This document shows positions 21,666 to 32,350 of a stretch of DNA of 32,350 nucleotides, in pieces. This DNA is from Octopus bimaculoides (lineage: Eukaryota), in NCBI RefSeq assembly GCF_001194135.2, contig NC_068998.1, positions 21,917,754 through 21,950,103 on the forward strand, read 5' to 3'. A program made the position numbers and the translations under genes. How positions within the stretch are numbered: the stretch's first letter is position 1; every line of letters begins with the position of its first letter. The notes under the pieces are model-generated. The model was not told the origin of the DNA, ran no database searches, and saw nothing but the letters and a program-made list of their open reading frames with translations.

Positions 21666-22605
21666 AGTGAAATACAACTGTTGTATACAAATCGTTGTCC
21701 ATGTTAAAGATTAGAATATTTTTCAACAAAAATCCTGCATCTAACGTTCGAAACTAAGAAAACTTGACAACAAAAAAATTGAAGAGAACGTGCAATTGTA
21801 AAGCACTAACCAACATTATATGCATCAGCGCATTTGCTTTCGAGTAATATTGTTATCATCATAAATTGTAGTATGATATAGAACCATGGAAGGCTTTGAA
21901 CACTTTATGGGTGATATTATAGCATTGATTAGATGTCAACCATTGATAATCCAAGTAAATAACTGGCACACAATGAATTATTCAAATCGCGGTCCGCATT
22001 ATTAAATGCTTTAGATTTTCATGGTGCATAAATTATTTAAATTGTGTATCTTTATGATAACTGCCAACCAGTGTTTAAATAACATATTTCGATTAGTTAC
22101 CGTACCATAGCACAGTGTACGTACCATTACTTAATCAGTACATAATTTGACAAGAAATGAGTCTGGTCACATTCAGAAGAAATCGTCATACAATAATCAA
22201 TAGTATGACAAAAATGTGACATTGTTTTCATTACAAATTCTAACCTAAGTGTAGAAATGTGTTGCCCTACAATCCCATGAAAGAGATTAATAATGAACAA
22301 TGTGTCTTTCTTCACGGTTTGGCGGAAATTTGAGTGACATATGGAGAGGATTGAGTAGGACAAGTTATATGTACTACCATAGACGTTCTCTTTCATGGAG
22401 TTACAATTACATTGAATCTAGATCAGGAATGAAATATACAAGAATATATTAAAAACCGAAATTATTATTCTGTGTAGTTCTTTCCTTGATACTTTAACAC
22501 AGAGTATATAAATAAGCATTGGCGGTTAGCATTCACAACTAACTTCTAATTCCTTAAAGATTAGTCATTCGGAATTTAAATAATAAATACTAATGAAATA
22601 CATTT

Positions 22606-22699
22606 TTATGTTTCAAACTTGTATATACATAGATAAAAACGAGTTAGTTTAAACTTATGTTTCAAACTATGTAAATACATAGATAAAAACGAGTTAGTT
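22606..22699. repeat. ~45-bp near-tandem duplication
   Basis: TTATGTTTCAAACT(A)TGTA(T/A)ATACATAGATAAAAACGAGTTAGTT at 22606-22649 and 22655-22699. Confidence 0.9.
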
Positions 22700-23399
22700 C
22701 TCCTTTCTTTCGAAGTTACAACATGGTGTGTTTAAAAATACAATAGAAATTGGAGTGAGTCGGAAACTGCATATACTAGATGCTTATACAACCGGGCGGC
22801 TATTTTCAATGTCAGTAAATGTGTTTGTTCCTTCTTTCCTGCACCGGGAACCTCAAATGCAGTTAAGACATGTGAATGTTGTGTATATACATCATTGATA
22901 AAACTTCGAGCGTGAAATACGTCGGTCGCTCTCTCTCGTCATTGGCGGGGAGATTTGTCGTTCTCCGGTATATATTATTTGTAAATAAAGCACGTTCATG
23001 ATAAATGTTAATACCTCATTAACTTCCCTGTGAGCAATACTACATCATCAAGTAATACCTCATTAGCTTCCCTACATCCGCAGTTAATTACTTTTCGCAG
23101 TTTTCAACTTTTGAAGCACAATGTTTTTAATGTATTCTGTATATTGGTACTTGTTCTCAGTAGGGCTCTTTCCTGTATTATTTCGGACTTAACATATATT
23201 CTATAGATTGGTGATTTTTCTTAGTAGAGTTATTTCCGGTATAATTTCCACCAATCTATTTGAAATATCGTTTTATATTTGATAGATTTCTTCCTTTATT
23301 TCGAAAAAGGGAATATTTTGAAATTTCCATTTGCACAAATGATTACATGTTTTCTAAATGAAGTATTTCTACAAGATGAATCCTCATTTGTTGTTAGCC

Positions 23400-23880
23400 C
23401 TATCTATTTTGAGTTATTTGTGTGATAGAATTTTTATTGCATCGGGGGCACGAAATACAGTAAGAAATTTTTGGTGCGATTCGTATTTGTATTAACATTC
23501 TATTTATTCCAGTTTTAAAATTTATTGGTTTCGCTTACATCGATTATTTCACACGTCCCACAATGAAAGCTTATCAAAATGTCCAAGACTGAAGTCCCAT
23601 ATTATTTATTTCTGCTCTGATTTGAAATGGTTATTGAATTCTATTTCAGAATTTAAGGAAACCTGTGAAATATTTACCACTTATATACCGAAAACTGAAT
23701 TCCAGGAATCTTTCACTGTTTTCGTTTTCATTTGTCAAGCATGCATTTTTCCTTCTTCAAGACGTCCCAAACTTAGCATGCCATTATGCTCCTGGAAATA
23801 AGGGTCTCAATCACCAGTTAGGTTAGCCAAGCTGTTCAAAATTGTTCGATATTGATTTGCTCTTCGCCAAAGATTCTGAC
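23400..23880 (-). mobile_element. Highly decayed LINE fragment, possibly an AP-endonuclease domain (RTE/L2/CR1-type)
   Basis: Minus-strand scraps in the expected order: LTGD (~ILMGDLNA), NENENSERFLEF (~NENGERFLEF), NNHFK...W (~NT.FKH...TW). Boundaries uncertain. Confidence 0.3.
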
Positions 23881-23941
23881 ATGAACTGTGACCATTGATG
23901 TTGTTTACGTCTTATCCGATTCAACATAAGATAAATTACCG

Positions 23942-23956
23942 ACACACACACACACA

Positions 23957-23996
<40 letters not shown>

Positions 23997-24125
23997 NNNN
24001 NNNNNNNNNNNNNNNNNNNNNNNNNNNNNNNNNNNNNNNNNNNNNNNNNNNNNNNNNNNNNNNNNNNNNNNNNNNNNNNNNNNNNNNTATATATATATAT
24101 ATATATGTATGTATGTCTATGTATA
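23942..24125. repeat. (AC)n, N gap (23997-24087), (TA)n
   Basis: Directly visible. Confidence 0.97.
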
Positions 24126-24169
24126 TATTGGGAGAATTCACAAAAAACAAAAGACGAAGACAGGTGACA

Positions 24170-24262
24170 TAGACAACAAAGAGATGTATTAGTATAACGC
24201 TCGGAAAGTGAAAAAGTCTTTAACGTTTCGACCCTTCGCTCTTCCACAGAAAGGAACACAGA
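24170..24262 (-). other. Short repeat with a degenerate minimal hammerhead-like motif of the Penelope type
   Basis: Minus strand CCTTT-CTGTGGAA-GAGCGAAGGGTC-GAAACGTT-AAAGAC: helix I CTTT/AAAG, GAAAC followed by palindromic ACGT. The core reads CTGTGGAA instead of CTGANGA. Confidence 0.3.
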
Positions 24263-24342
24263 AGGAAGATAACTACGTGCTATACATACGTGCTATACAT
24301 AAGCAGTAAGACTGACAATAAATCGTAAATAAGTAACCATAT

Positions 24343-24523
24343 AGGTGTAGGAGTGACTGTGTGGTAAGTAGCTTGCTTACTAACCACATGGTTCCGGGTA
24401 CAGTCCCACTGCGTAACACCTTGGGTGAGTGTCATCTACTATAGCCTCGGGCCGACCAAAGTCTTGTGAGTGGATTTGATAGACGGAAACTGAAAGAAGT
24501 CCGTCGTACATATGTATATATAT
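24343..24523 (+). mobile_element. SINE family B, 5' half (tRNA-like head) running into a microsatellite and the gap N 24524-25276
   Basis: AGGAGTGACTGTGTGGTAAGTAGCTTGC...CATGGTTCCGGGTACAGTCCCACTGCG...CTATAGCCTCGGGCCGACCAAAG...ACGGAAACTGAAAGAAGTCCGTCGTA(TA)n, homologous to the reverse complement of 29055-29216. Confidence 0.85.
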
Positions 24524-25431
24524 NNNNNNNNNNNNNNNNNNNNNNNNNNNNNNNNNNNNNNNNNNNNNNNNNNNNNNNNNNNNNNNNNNNNNNNNNNNNN
24601 NNNNNNNNNNNNNNNNNNNNNNNNNNNNNNNNNNNNNNNNNNNNNNNNNNNNNNNNNNNNNNNNNNNNNNNNNNNNNNNNNNNNNNNNNNNNNNNNNNNN
24701 NNNNNNNNNNNNNNNNNNNNNNNNNNNNNNNNNNNNNNNNNNNNNNNNNNNNNNNNNNNNNNNNNNNNNNNNNNNNNNNNNNNNNNNNNNNNNNNNNNNN
24801 NNNNNNNNNNNNNNNNNNNNNNNNNNNNNNNNNNNNNNNNNNNNNNNNNNNNNNNNNNNNNNNNNNNNNNNNNNNNNNNNNNNNNNNNNNNNNNNNNNNN
24901 NNNNNNNNNNNNNNNNNNNNNNNNNNNNNNNNNNNNNNNNNNNNNNNNNNNNNNNNNNNNNNNNNNNNNNNNNNNNNNNNNNNNNNNNNNNNNNNNNNNN
25001 NNNNNNNNNNNNNNNNNNNNNNNNNNNNNNNNNNNNNNNNNNNNNNNNNNNNNNNNNNNNNNNNNNNNNNNNNNNNNNNNNNNNNNNNNNNNNNNNNNNN
25101 NNNNNNNNNNNNNNNNNNNNNNNNNNNNNNNNNNNNNNNNNNNNNNNNNNNNNNNNNNNNNNNNNNNNNNNNNNNNNNNNNNNNNNNNNNNNNNNNNNNN
25201 NNNNNNNNNNNNNNNNNNNNNNNNNNNNNNNNNNNNNNNNNNNNNNNNNNNNNNNNNNNNNNNNNNNNNNNNNNNNATAAATGCTTAATATTTAATTTTA
25301 TTTATTCATTCCAATTATGAATGTTTAATACTTGAATACTGTCTCTTTATTACCGAGGTCTCATTCAGTTCAACATAAATTAATCTTGGAATTAAATGAT
25401 TTTGATTTACTCTCAGGTGACGTTTTGAGTA

Positions 25432-25468
<37 letters not shown>

Positions 25469-27728
25469 GATAGAGTGATATATAAATAGATGAAAAAATG
25501 AATAGATATACCCCCACATCACAGAAACATATGCGCGCGCGCGGACACACAAACTCACATATATACTGACAGACAGTCATATTCTCAGAACTGTATTCCA
25601 AGAATAATTGCTAATAATATGCACAACGATTTATTAGTGCATATTCCATTTTCTATCATTATTAAAACTGACATCATTTTCAATGACAAAGGAAGGACAG
25701 TACTTTTGTAGAATGTGTGTATATGGTTACTTATTTACAATTTCTTGTCAGTCTTACTGCTTTTGTAAACTTTCGTATGTATAGCACGTGGTATGTTCTT
25801 TACGTGTATCGACTTTTTAAATTTCTTATATACACTTGTTAAATGTTTTAATTGTTTTTGAAAGCTTATCAACAGATTATCATAATTTGAATGAATCGGT
25901 GTCACTGTGCCTAAGTAATCTGGTGTATTACTTGGGAAAGAGAATTTAATGTCTCATCTATAATTTATTAACAAACATAGCAGAGGAACTCTCTCAAACC
26001 TCAGAATGAAGGATGAAATACCTTCCAGTATTTTTTCCGATTCTAAGGTACGCTGAGTTCATATATAGACAAAATTATGATATGCTTTCTATCTTTTGAA
26101 GTTCATAAAATAAATCCACAATTGAAGAGTGATGGACTTCTGGCATTGTTTGAACGTTGGAAAAAGATCACTTTTGTTGTAGCTCATATAATATGGGTCC
26201 TTTGAATATCAATAGCAGTCTCAGTTCTTTATCTGCCCATTGGCTGTCTTTAACAATGCTAGTCAGTCGTAAGCACACGAGCGAGATCATTAGTTTCAGC
26301 ATAATTTTCTTCCCTCACACGAAACAGACTAGGAAACTCCGAAAATAAAAATTGTCATACGCCACAGAATAGCCTTCCTGAATAAACTATAAGAAAAAAA
26401 ATATTTGTTCAGAGAAACTTTCTTGAAGTTCCAATGACGGTTAGAAAATAATGCCATGCTTACAATTGTTACTTTTCTGTTTCTGCATTTCATATTGGTT
26501 TACAATTATTACAAGAACTATTTCTTTTGTGATCGTGCTACGTTTTGAAGAGTAAAAGGCGAATGAAATTTATATTATTCATAATAAATGGGAAACTGAA
26601 ACAATAAAACATAATAAAAGAGTTGCTATTAATTTGAATTTAAGAAAAAGGCAGACTAGATACTAGACGCCTGAATAATCAGATTATTTTTTACTTTGAA
26701 ACAAAATTTTAATTTAATGTTAAAAACAATAAAACGCACGCATGTTAAGACACAAGAAAACACACAACTACATGGGGTAAAACCATTTTGATTTTGTTAG
26801 GACATGCCATTTCTTAAACATTCTGCATGGATATGTTACTATACCATAGTTAGTGGATGATTAATCACCTATCCTTTTGGAATCGAATTAATTTTTTTCT
26901 TTTGATATGCAAATATATTAATTAAGTTCGTGTAAAATATCTGAAGTGAATGCAATGTGAATTATTAAACACATTAATGAAAAATGAATTTTCTCATGTT
27001 TTTTTGGGATTTTCCCACATACTCTGGGATATAAAAATCTAAGAATTAATTGCCAAATTTTTAATTCACAAGAATAAGAAGAGGAAATAAATTGTTTCTA
27101 AGGCAATATATATACAATCATACACAGACACAGACACACACACGCACATGTATATATATATATATATATTCAGTTGAGATCTATATATCTATATATATAT
27201 TCAGTTGAGATCACAAATACTTTATGGAACTTTTTTATTTTATTTATATGCATCTTGTTTATGTTAAATGTCATTATCAAAGAACATAGATTCGTATTTT
27301 TAAGAGATGTGTTCCTGTCTCAAACGTAAGATATTAAAAGTTAAAATTAATGAATGAACATTTCATAAGCTTCATTTATTTTGAACGAAAAAATCAAATT
27401 GCAATTAAAGTGATGCTGGTTTCAAAAATAAAACAAAAATTCAGTGGAATATTTTATTTTTATTCGTGTACTTTCAGATTTTATAGCNNNNNNNNNNTCG
27501 GATATCTCAGCAGCAGATATTTAAATTAACAACTGAAGCGAAATTGAAACCAGTGTCGGTGGTGCATGCCTATAATTATAATGTGTCATTCGAAAGCGGG
27601 TAAAAGGCATAGGTAGAGCAAAAGAAAAAAAACACATAGAAACCCCGACCGAACGCAAAATTACTGACACTGGAATGCATCAGATAAACAGCACCTCCGA
27701 CCAAATTACACCTTTCTATCTGTGTGTA

Positions 27729-27774
<46 letters not shown>

Positions 27775-28449
27775 TGAATATTTAGATAAATATTTTGTGC
27801 AAATTAAAATTGCTGATTGTATTTGTGGAACAGAAGGGAATTCTAATTGTTTTAATGATGAAATCATTTCGTATAATTTTTAGAATAATGCGGGTAATGA
27901 CATAACCTATGTAATCGATTCCGCTTTATTAAATTCAGGATTTAATTAATTGATGATATTTTATAATCTTCACGTCCGACACAGAAAGCAGTTCTGCTGC
28001 TATATCTAAGTCAGTCCGTCTGCGAAACGCAAACATCTCAGACATCATCTAAACTTAAACCATGTTACTGCCAGCTTTACACTTTACGAATTCAATCTCT
28101 TGCCATTAGATATATTAGATATGCTGCTTCCCTGTTCTAACTCTCATATTTTTACTATAATTATACCTGCTTATCTGATTTTGCAAGTAGTAAAGACCCT
28201 ACATCGACATCTTTGACATGAATTACATCTTTCTGTAACATTTGCGTTTCACCAAATATATCTCTATCACTTAACTCACTAAAAAGTTTTCCATTAGTAG
28301 TACTCACAAATGTTAACCTATTACATTCTCTACCACGCATGTGTATTTATGTTAAGAAACTCAAAGTAGCCTCGAAGGAAATGGGACAGTAAAATTGTTT
28401 TCAACACTAGGAGTACCAGTGTTATTCATTAAAGAATATAGAAGTCAAA

Positions 28450-28618
28450 TTTTGGCACTAGGTTAGCAATCCCAGTTCTCAACTGGTACATATTTTATCG
28501 ATGCTCGTAAGGATCAAAGGCAACGTTGACTTCGGAGGAATTTGAAATTAGAACATGAAGACTGATGAGATGCAGCCAAGCATTCCATCCGGCGTCTTAA
28601 CGATTCTACCAGCTCACA
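28450..28618 (-). mobile_element. SINE family A, diverged copy
   Basis: Reverse complement GTGAGCTGGTAGAATCGTTAAGACGCCGGATGGAATGCTTGG...TTCAAATTCCTCCGAAGTCAACGTTGCCTTTGATCC...GATAAAATATGTACCAGTTGAGAACTGGG. Confidence 0.75.
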
Positions 28619-28783
28619 TGTAAGTCATACAATATCAAAATATGTCAATATATTTTGATGTGTGTGTGTATGTAATATTTCATCAAGGTTATATTTGTTT
28701 TGAAACTACAATGCAAAATAACAGTACATCTACTTTTCACTGAAATAGAAAACAATCTTTATATTAATATTGGTAAAATATAA

Positions 28784-28898
28784 GGCGGTGAGCTGGCAGA
28801 AAGGTGAGCACGCCAGGCGAAATGCTTAGCGGTATTTCATTTGTCTTTACGTTCTAGTTCAAATTTCGTCGAGGTCGACTTTGCCTTCCATCCTTTCC
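28784..28898 (+). mobile_element. SINE family A, intact head but 3'-truncated
   Basis: GGCGGTGAGCTGGCAGAAAGGTGAGCACGCCAGGCGAAATGCTTAGCGGTATTTC...GTTCAAATTTCGTCGAGGTCGACTTTGCCTTCCATCCTTTCC, then an abrupt switch to unrelated sequence. Confidence 0.85.
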
Positions 28899-28899
28899 G

Positions 28900-29216
28900 T
28901 AAAAGAAACGATAAGTTACGGGGACGTAAACATAACAGCACCGGCTGTCAAACAGCGGTGTGTAATGAGCACAAACATAAAGACACCACCCACAGACACA
29001 GAGAAACACACACACACACACACAGAGGCACACACAAACATATATTTACATACACATCAGTATTCATTCTGTTTCCGTGATCGAATACACACAAAATGCT
29101 CCTGTCGGCCTGAAGCTATAATACAATACATTTGCCACGTACCATGCAGTGGCTCTGAACCCGGAACCATATGATTCGAAAGTAAAATTCTTTCCGCATA
29201 GCCACGCATGCACCTA
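28900..29216 (-). mobile_element. SINE family B with internal (AC)n microsatellite, 3'-truncated
   Basis: The head at 29055-29216 matches the 24343 copy (GGTTCCGGGTTCAGAGCCACTGCATGG...CTTCAGGCCGACA). Beyond the microsatellite the minus strand reads TTTGACAGCCGGTGCTGTTATGTTTACGTCCCCGTAACTTA, which I recall as the family's downstream segment. Confidence 0.7.
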
Positions 29217-31407
29217 TATGTTACCAACAATAACATTTCTTTGATCTAAATTTGAACTATCAAAATTTATATTTTATTGTCATGTAATACTCCTCCTGCC
29301 ACTACTTTTAAAAGGCGGCACTCTGCACACAATGGAATATAATTTCAACACATCAATTACTATGAAAATAATATCGTAAATGTTCAAATCTGACATTTGT
29401 GTTATAATATGACTAACTTTAAACTTAGCTAAAATCTAAAGGCAAGGATTTCGCATAGTAGGCATTGAAATGTGTTTACACGTATTTAAAACAACCCCCA
29501 GGAAACATTTTAATTCACGTGCTTAACCACCGCAAACCCTTGGCTACCAATCCCGCAATACGTTTGTGATCATTTACACTTCATAATCATAGTATGTTTA
29601 TAATTGAATGAATCATGCAGAAAGAGATACAGGAATGTATGTTATCCGGTCAATCTGAAGTACTTACTTGTTATTTATTTAGAGATTAGAATCTACAAGA
29701 TTATTGAGAAGCAGTAGAGTGTAATAGTTTTGTTTTTGTAATATGCAGGAAGATAGACAGTAAATATTTACATACATTAATGCTCTTACAAACTTATTTT
29801 TCCAATTTCCAGCTGGCTTAATCTGAAGAATACTACTAAAATCGACGATTCGGTAAAACTATTAAGTGCACTTTTCCGCATCAAATAAGGCATTCAACAA
29901 TTGTTCTCTTAGATTTAACCATTGAACTGCACGTCTGTGAGGGATCAGATAACTGAGTTGATATATTATTAAATAAGAAGCCATAGCTTTTATCCAGTGA
30001 AAGGCACATCTCAGATCACAAAGCAAATACGAAGAAATGCTAAAACAAATACTGGCTTAGTACACCCAACTGGAAAGAAGCACACTAGTGTGTATGTAGC
30101 TGATTGTCTGCCTTAAATAGATGAATATGACTATATCTGATAATATTAAAGCTTGGTAAGTACAAAAGTATGTTCAAAGTTTTCTTCAATAAATAAGACT
30201 TGAAAGAAGCTCAAAATCTCTCATCCAAGAAACATAAGTAATGCTTTATAAAAACTAGGTTTCAAAGACGTATGCCACCATGTAATCAATAATGAAAACA
30301 TATCACCCTCCTTATGCTTAGAATTGTCTTTCGCTCCGTCGATCTCCTCAGAAAGCAAACGCAAAATACATGAACCTGTACATTTATGTTTGCTGACTCA
30401 AAACACGTTACTTATTTCGAAAAAGACCAACTCGTGTTCTGTGTATTTACTGGAAAGCCAAAATTTCCCTTTATAACTGTAGTGCATTGAAAGATCTCAA
30501 CCCATTTATTTTCCTTTGCTTATTTAAGTCAATATATTCCATTTTCTTAACATGAGCAACCTAAAATACGGTATAGTCTGATGCATACCATGTTTTTTTC
30601 TAATGCAGAAATAGCTTTCAAGAGGTACCAAGTGACACTACAGTATTTCTATAATCGATATGCTAACATGGCTTTCGCAATGATATCATGGCTTCATAAG
30701 AAGGAAAAATACAAGAACGAAGTTGATGAACTGAAGTAATTGCAGAAGCAAATGGAAATAGTCATGGAGGTGGTGATAGTGATGGCGACTGTGATGAAGA
30801 TGATTGGCAGAAAGGGATACTTGAATAAAATAGATTTTACATCTTTCCTTCTTTTTGTGGCTTTCGCGTTTTTAAAAGTAAAATCCCCTACTTTATCAAT
30901 GTGCACGAACATTTGTCAGAAACATTTTACTAATGGGTTCTCAGCATTACAGAAGAATATGTAGAGCAACAACAACTAAACTAATAGCACTATTGACAAG
31001 AAGAGCATCGAAAGTAGTAACGATGTCAGAAACAACAACTACAGCAACTTGCGCATCAATAACAAATGCAAATCGAGATTGGAAAATGCATGTATACGGA
31101 GTATAGTAAACGATTGTATATGTTTATGAATGCACTAATATACAGAAACACTCGTACAAATGTATGTTTACACATATACATACACACAGACACACACACA
31201 CACACACACAAACATATATATATATATGCCTACATAAAACGTATACAAGCTCAAATCCTATTTCTCTATTTGCATCGCCAACCAAACCTATACGTATAAC
31301 TATATATNNNNNNNNNNNNNNNNNNNNNNNNNNNNNNNNNNNNNNNNNNNNNNNNNNNNNNNNNNNNNNNNNNNNNNNNNNNNNNNNNNNNNNNNNNNNN
31401 NNNNNNN

Positions 31408-32350
31408 GTGAGTCGGGGAGTGGTAACGCTGGTCAGAAAAGACCCGAGCAAGGGGGAACATATTAGTAATTTCAGGCCCATAACTGTACTAAATGTAGAG
31501 TTAAAGATTTTGGCCAAGGTGCTAACAAACAGGTTGACGGCTGTCGCGGATAAGCTTGTCGGGAGGGCGCAAACATGTGCCATTCCTGGCAGGTCGATCC
31601 AGGACAATCTTCATCTCTTACGCTACACCTTAGACAGGGTGGGTAAAGTTTCCGGTAAAAGTGCGGCATTGGTCCATTTAGACCAAAGTAAGGACTTCGA
31701 TATGGTTGACCATCGGTACCTGGCGGCAGTCCTTGAGGCGGCTGGGCTAGGCCCGGATTTCCGCGGTTGGATCAAGGCCATTTATGGTGGCATCAAATCT
31801 ACGGTTCAGGTGAACGGTTACCTGTCGGAGCCGTTTGAGATCAGGCGTTCAGTCCGTCAAGGGTGCCCTCTGTCTCTGCTTCTGTATGTTCAGTCGCTCG
31901 AGCCATTGCTGCGGAAGTTGGAAAGCACCACTAATGAAATCGGATGTGGTAAAAGTGTTTCGGCGTATGCGGATGACGTCACCATCACCGTATCCAAGCT
32001 ACCTCGCGTAGCAGAGGCAATCAGAAGATACGAGACGGTGGCAGGGGCAAAAGTTAACATGGACAAGTCTGTAGGTTTGCGGCTCGGCACCTGGAGCAGC
32101 AAGCCGATAACGTCCAGTGTTGTTGGACACTGGACGGATGGCCCTGTTAAGTTGCTCGGAGTTTGGTTTGGTCCGGACTCCCAGACGGAGAAAAATTGGA
32201 GCGAGGTGACGAACAGGGTAGAAGCGCTATCCCGGACTTGGTCTGGAAGGGCGCTGTCCCTGAACGGAAGGGTGGAAGTGGTGCAGATGTTTATTGCGTC
32301 AGTTATCACCTACCGCCTCACCGTCGTCCCCTGCCCCGATTTGTGGCTAA
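31408..32350 (+). CDS. Partial ORF2 reverse transcriptase of a Tx1/L1-clade LINE; stop-free for 314 codons, open at both ends
   Basis: Manual frame +1 translation: VTLVRKDPSKGEHISNFRPITVLNVELKILAKVL, AQTCAIPGRSIQDN, LDQSKDFDMVDH, SVRQGCPLSLLLY, SAYADDVT (YADD at 31966-31977), GAKVNMDKS, KLLGVWFG, WSGRALSLNGRVEV. No stop between the gap and the window end. Missed by the ORF track. Confidence 0.93.
   Translation, partial: MSRGVVTLVRKDPSKGEHISNFRPITVLNVELKILAKVLTNRLTAVADKLVGRAQTCAIPGRSIQDNLHLLRYTLDRVGKVSGKSAALVHLDQSKDFDMVDHRYLAAVLEAAGLGPDFRGWIKAIYGGIKSTVQVNGYLSEPFEIRRSVRQGCPLSLLLYVQSLEPLLRKLESTTNEIGCGKSVSAYADDVTITVSKLPRVAEAIRRYETVAGAKVNMDKSVGLRLGTWSSKPITSSVVGHWTDGPVKLLGVWFGPDSQTEKNWSEVTNRVEALSRTWSGRALSLNGRVEVVQMFIASVITYRLTVVPCPDLWL

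Noticed and set aside
22890-22935. TTGATAA...GAAATACGTC resembling a Penelope hammerhead
   Set aside because: The core is mismatched and no helix I or II can be formed in this copy.
3622-23073. Short direct repeats (36 bp at 3622, 30 bp at 16911, 45 bp at 22606, 21 bp at 23009/23053) as possible CRISPR-like arrays
   Set aside because: Only two copies each, no regular unique spacers, no cas genes, eukaryotic context; ordinary local duplications.
26100-26330. Minus-strand peptide scraps FKGPILYEL and NNAR resembling mariner
   Set aside because: Too few residues and the spacing is inconsistent; cannot be supported without a profile search.
30700-31070. ORFs 30694..30912 and 30740..30964
   Set aside because: Derived from decayed GAT/GGT/CAA trinucleotide low-complexity sequence.
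1-31300. Many ORFs rich in HT, CV, YI, poly-I, poly-N or poly-Y
   Set aside because: Translations of (AC)n, (TG)n, (TA)n and (AAT)n microsatellites.

Overview
Eukaryotic, AT-rich, microsatellite-dense, largely non-coding DNA from a short-read assembly, with six N gaps, five of them directly bordered by (TA)n or (CA)n runs. The SINE families and repeat landscape suggest an octopus genome; this is my recollection of the families, not a database search. No intact host gene, rRNA, true tRNA gene or CRISPR array can be supported. The window is a transposon archive. (1) A near full-length, decayed R4/Dong-type non-LTR retrotransposon with an RLE endonuclease (5935-9842) sits inside a (TAA)n tract. 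It is followed at once by a ~0.5-kb non-coding element that is also bounded by (TAA)n on both sides. (2) An older fragment of the same LINE clade lies at ~4500-5030. (3) A complete but dead Tc1 transposon has TIRs and TA target duplication (11642-12897). (4) Two fossil mariner transposases lie at 413-1250 (+) and ~16995-17545 (-). (5) At least four SINE families are present, one copy full length with a 10-bp TSD. (6) A stop-free 314-codon Tx1/L1-type reverse transcriptase frame, absent from the ORF track, runs from the last gap off the window end. There are weak signs of a host gene: a minus-strand TATA/Inr candidate at ~15300-15331 and a few micro-exon candidates. The best lead for something undescribed is a (TAA)n-targeting autonomous/non-autonomous pair with structured UTRs. 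Most ORFs in the supplied track are microsatellite, N-gap or antisense artefacts.
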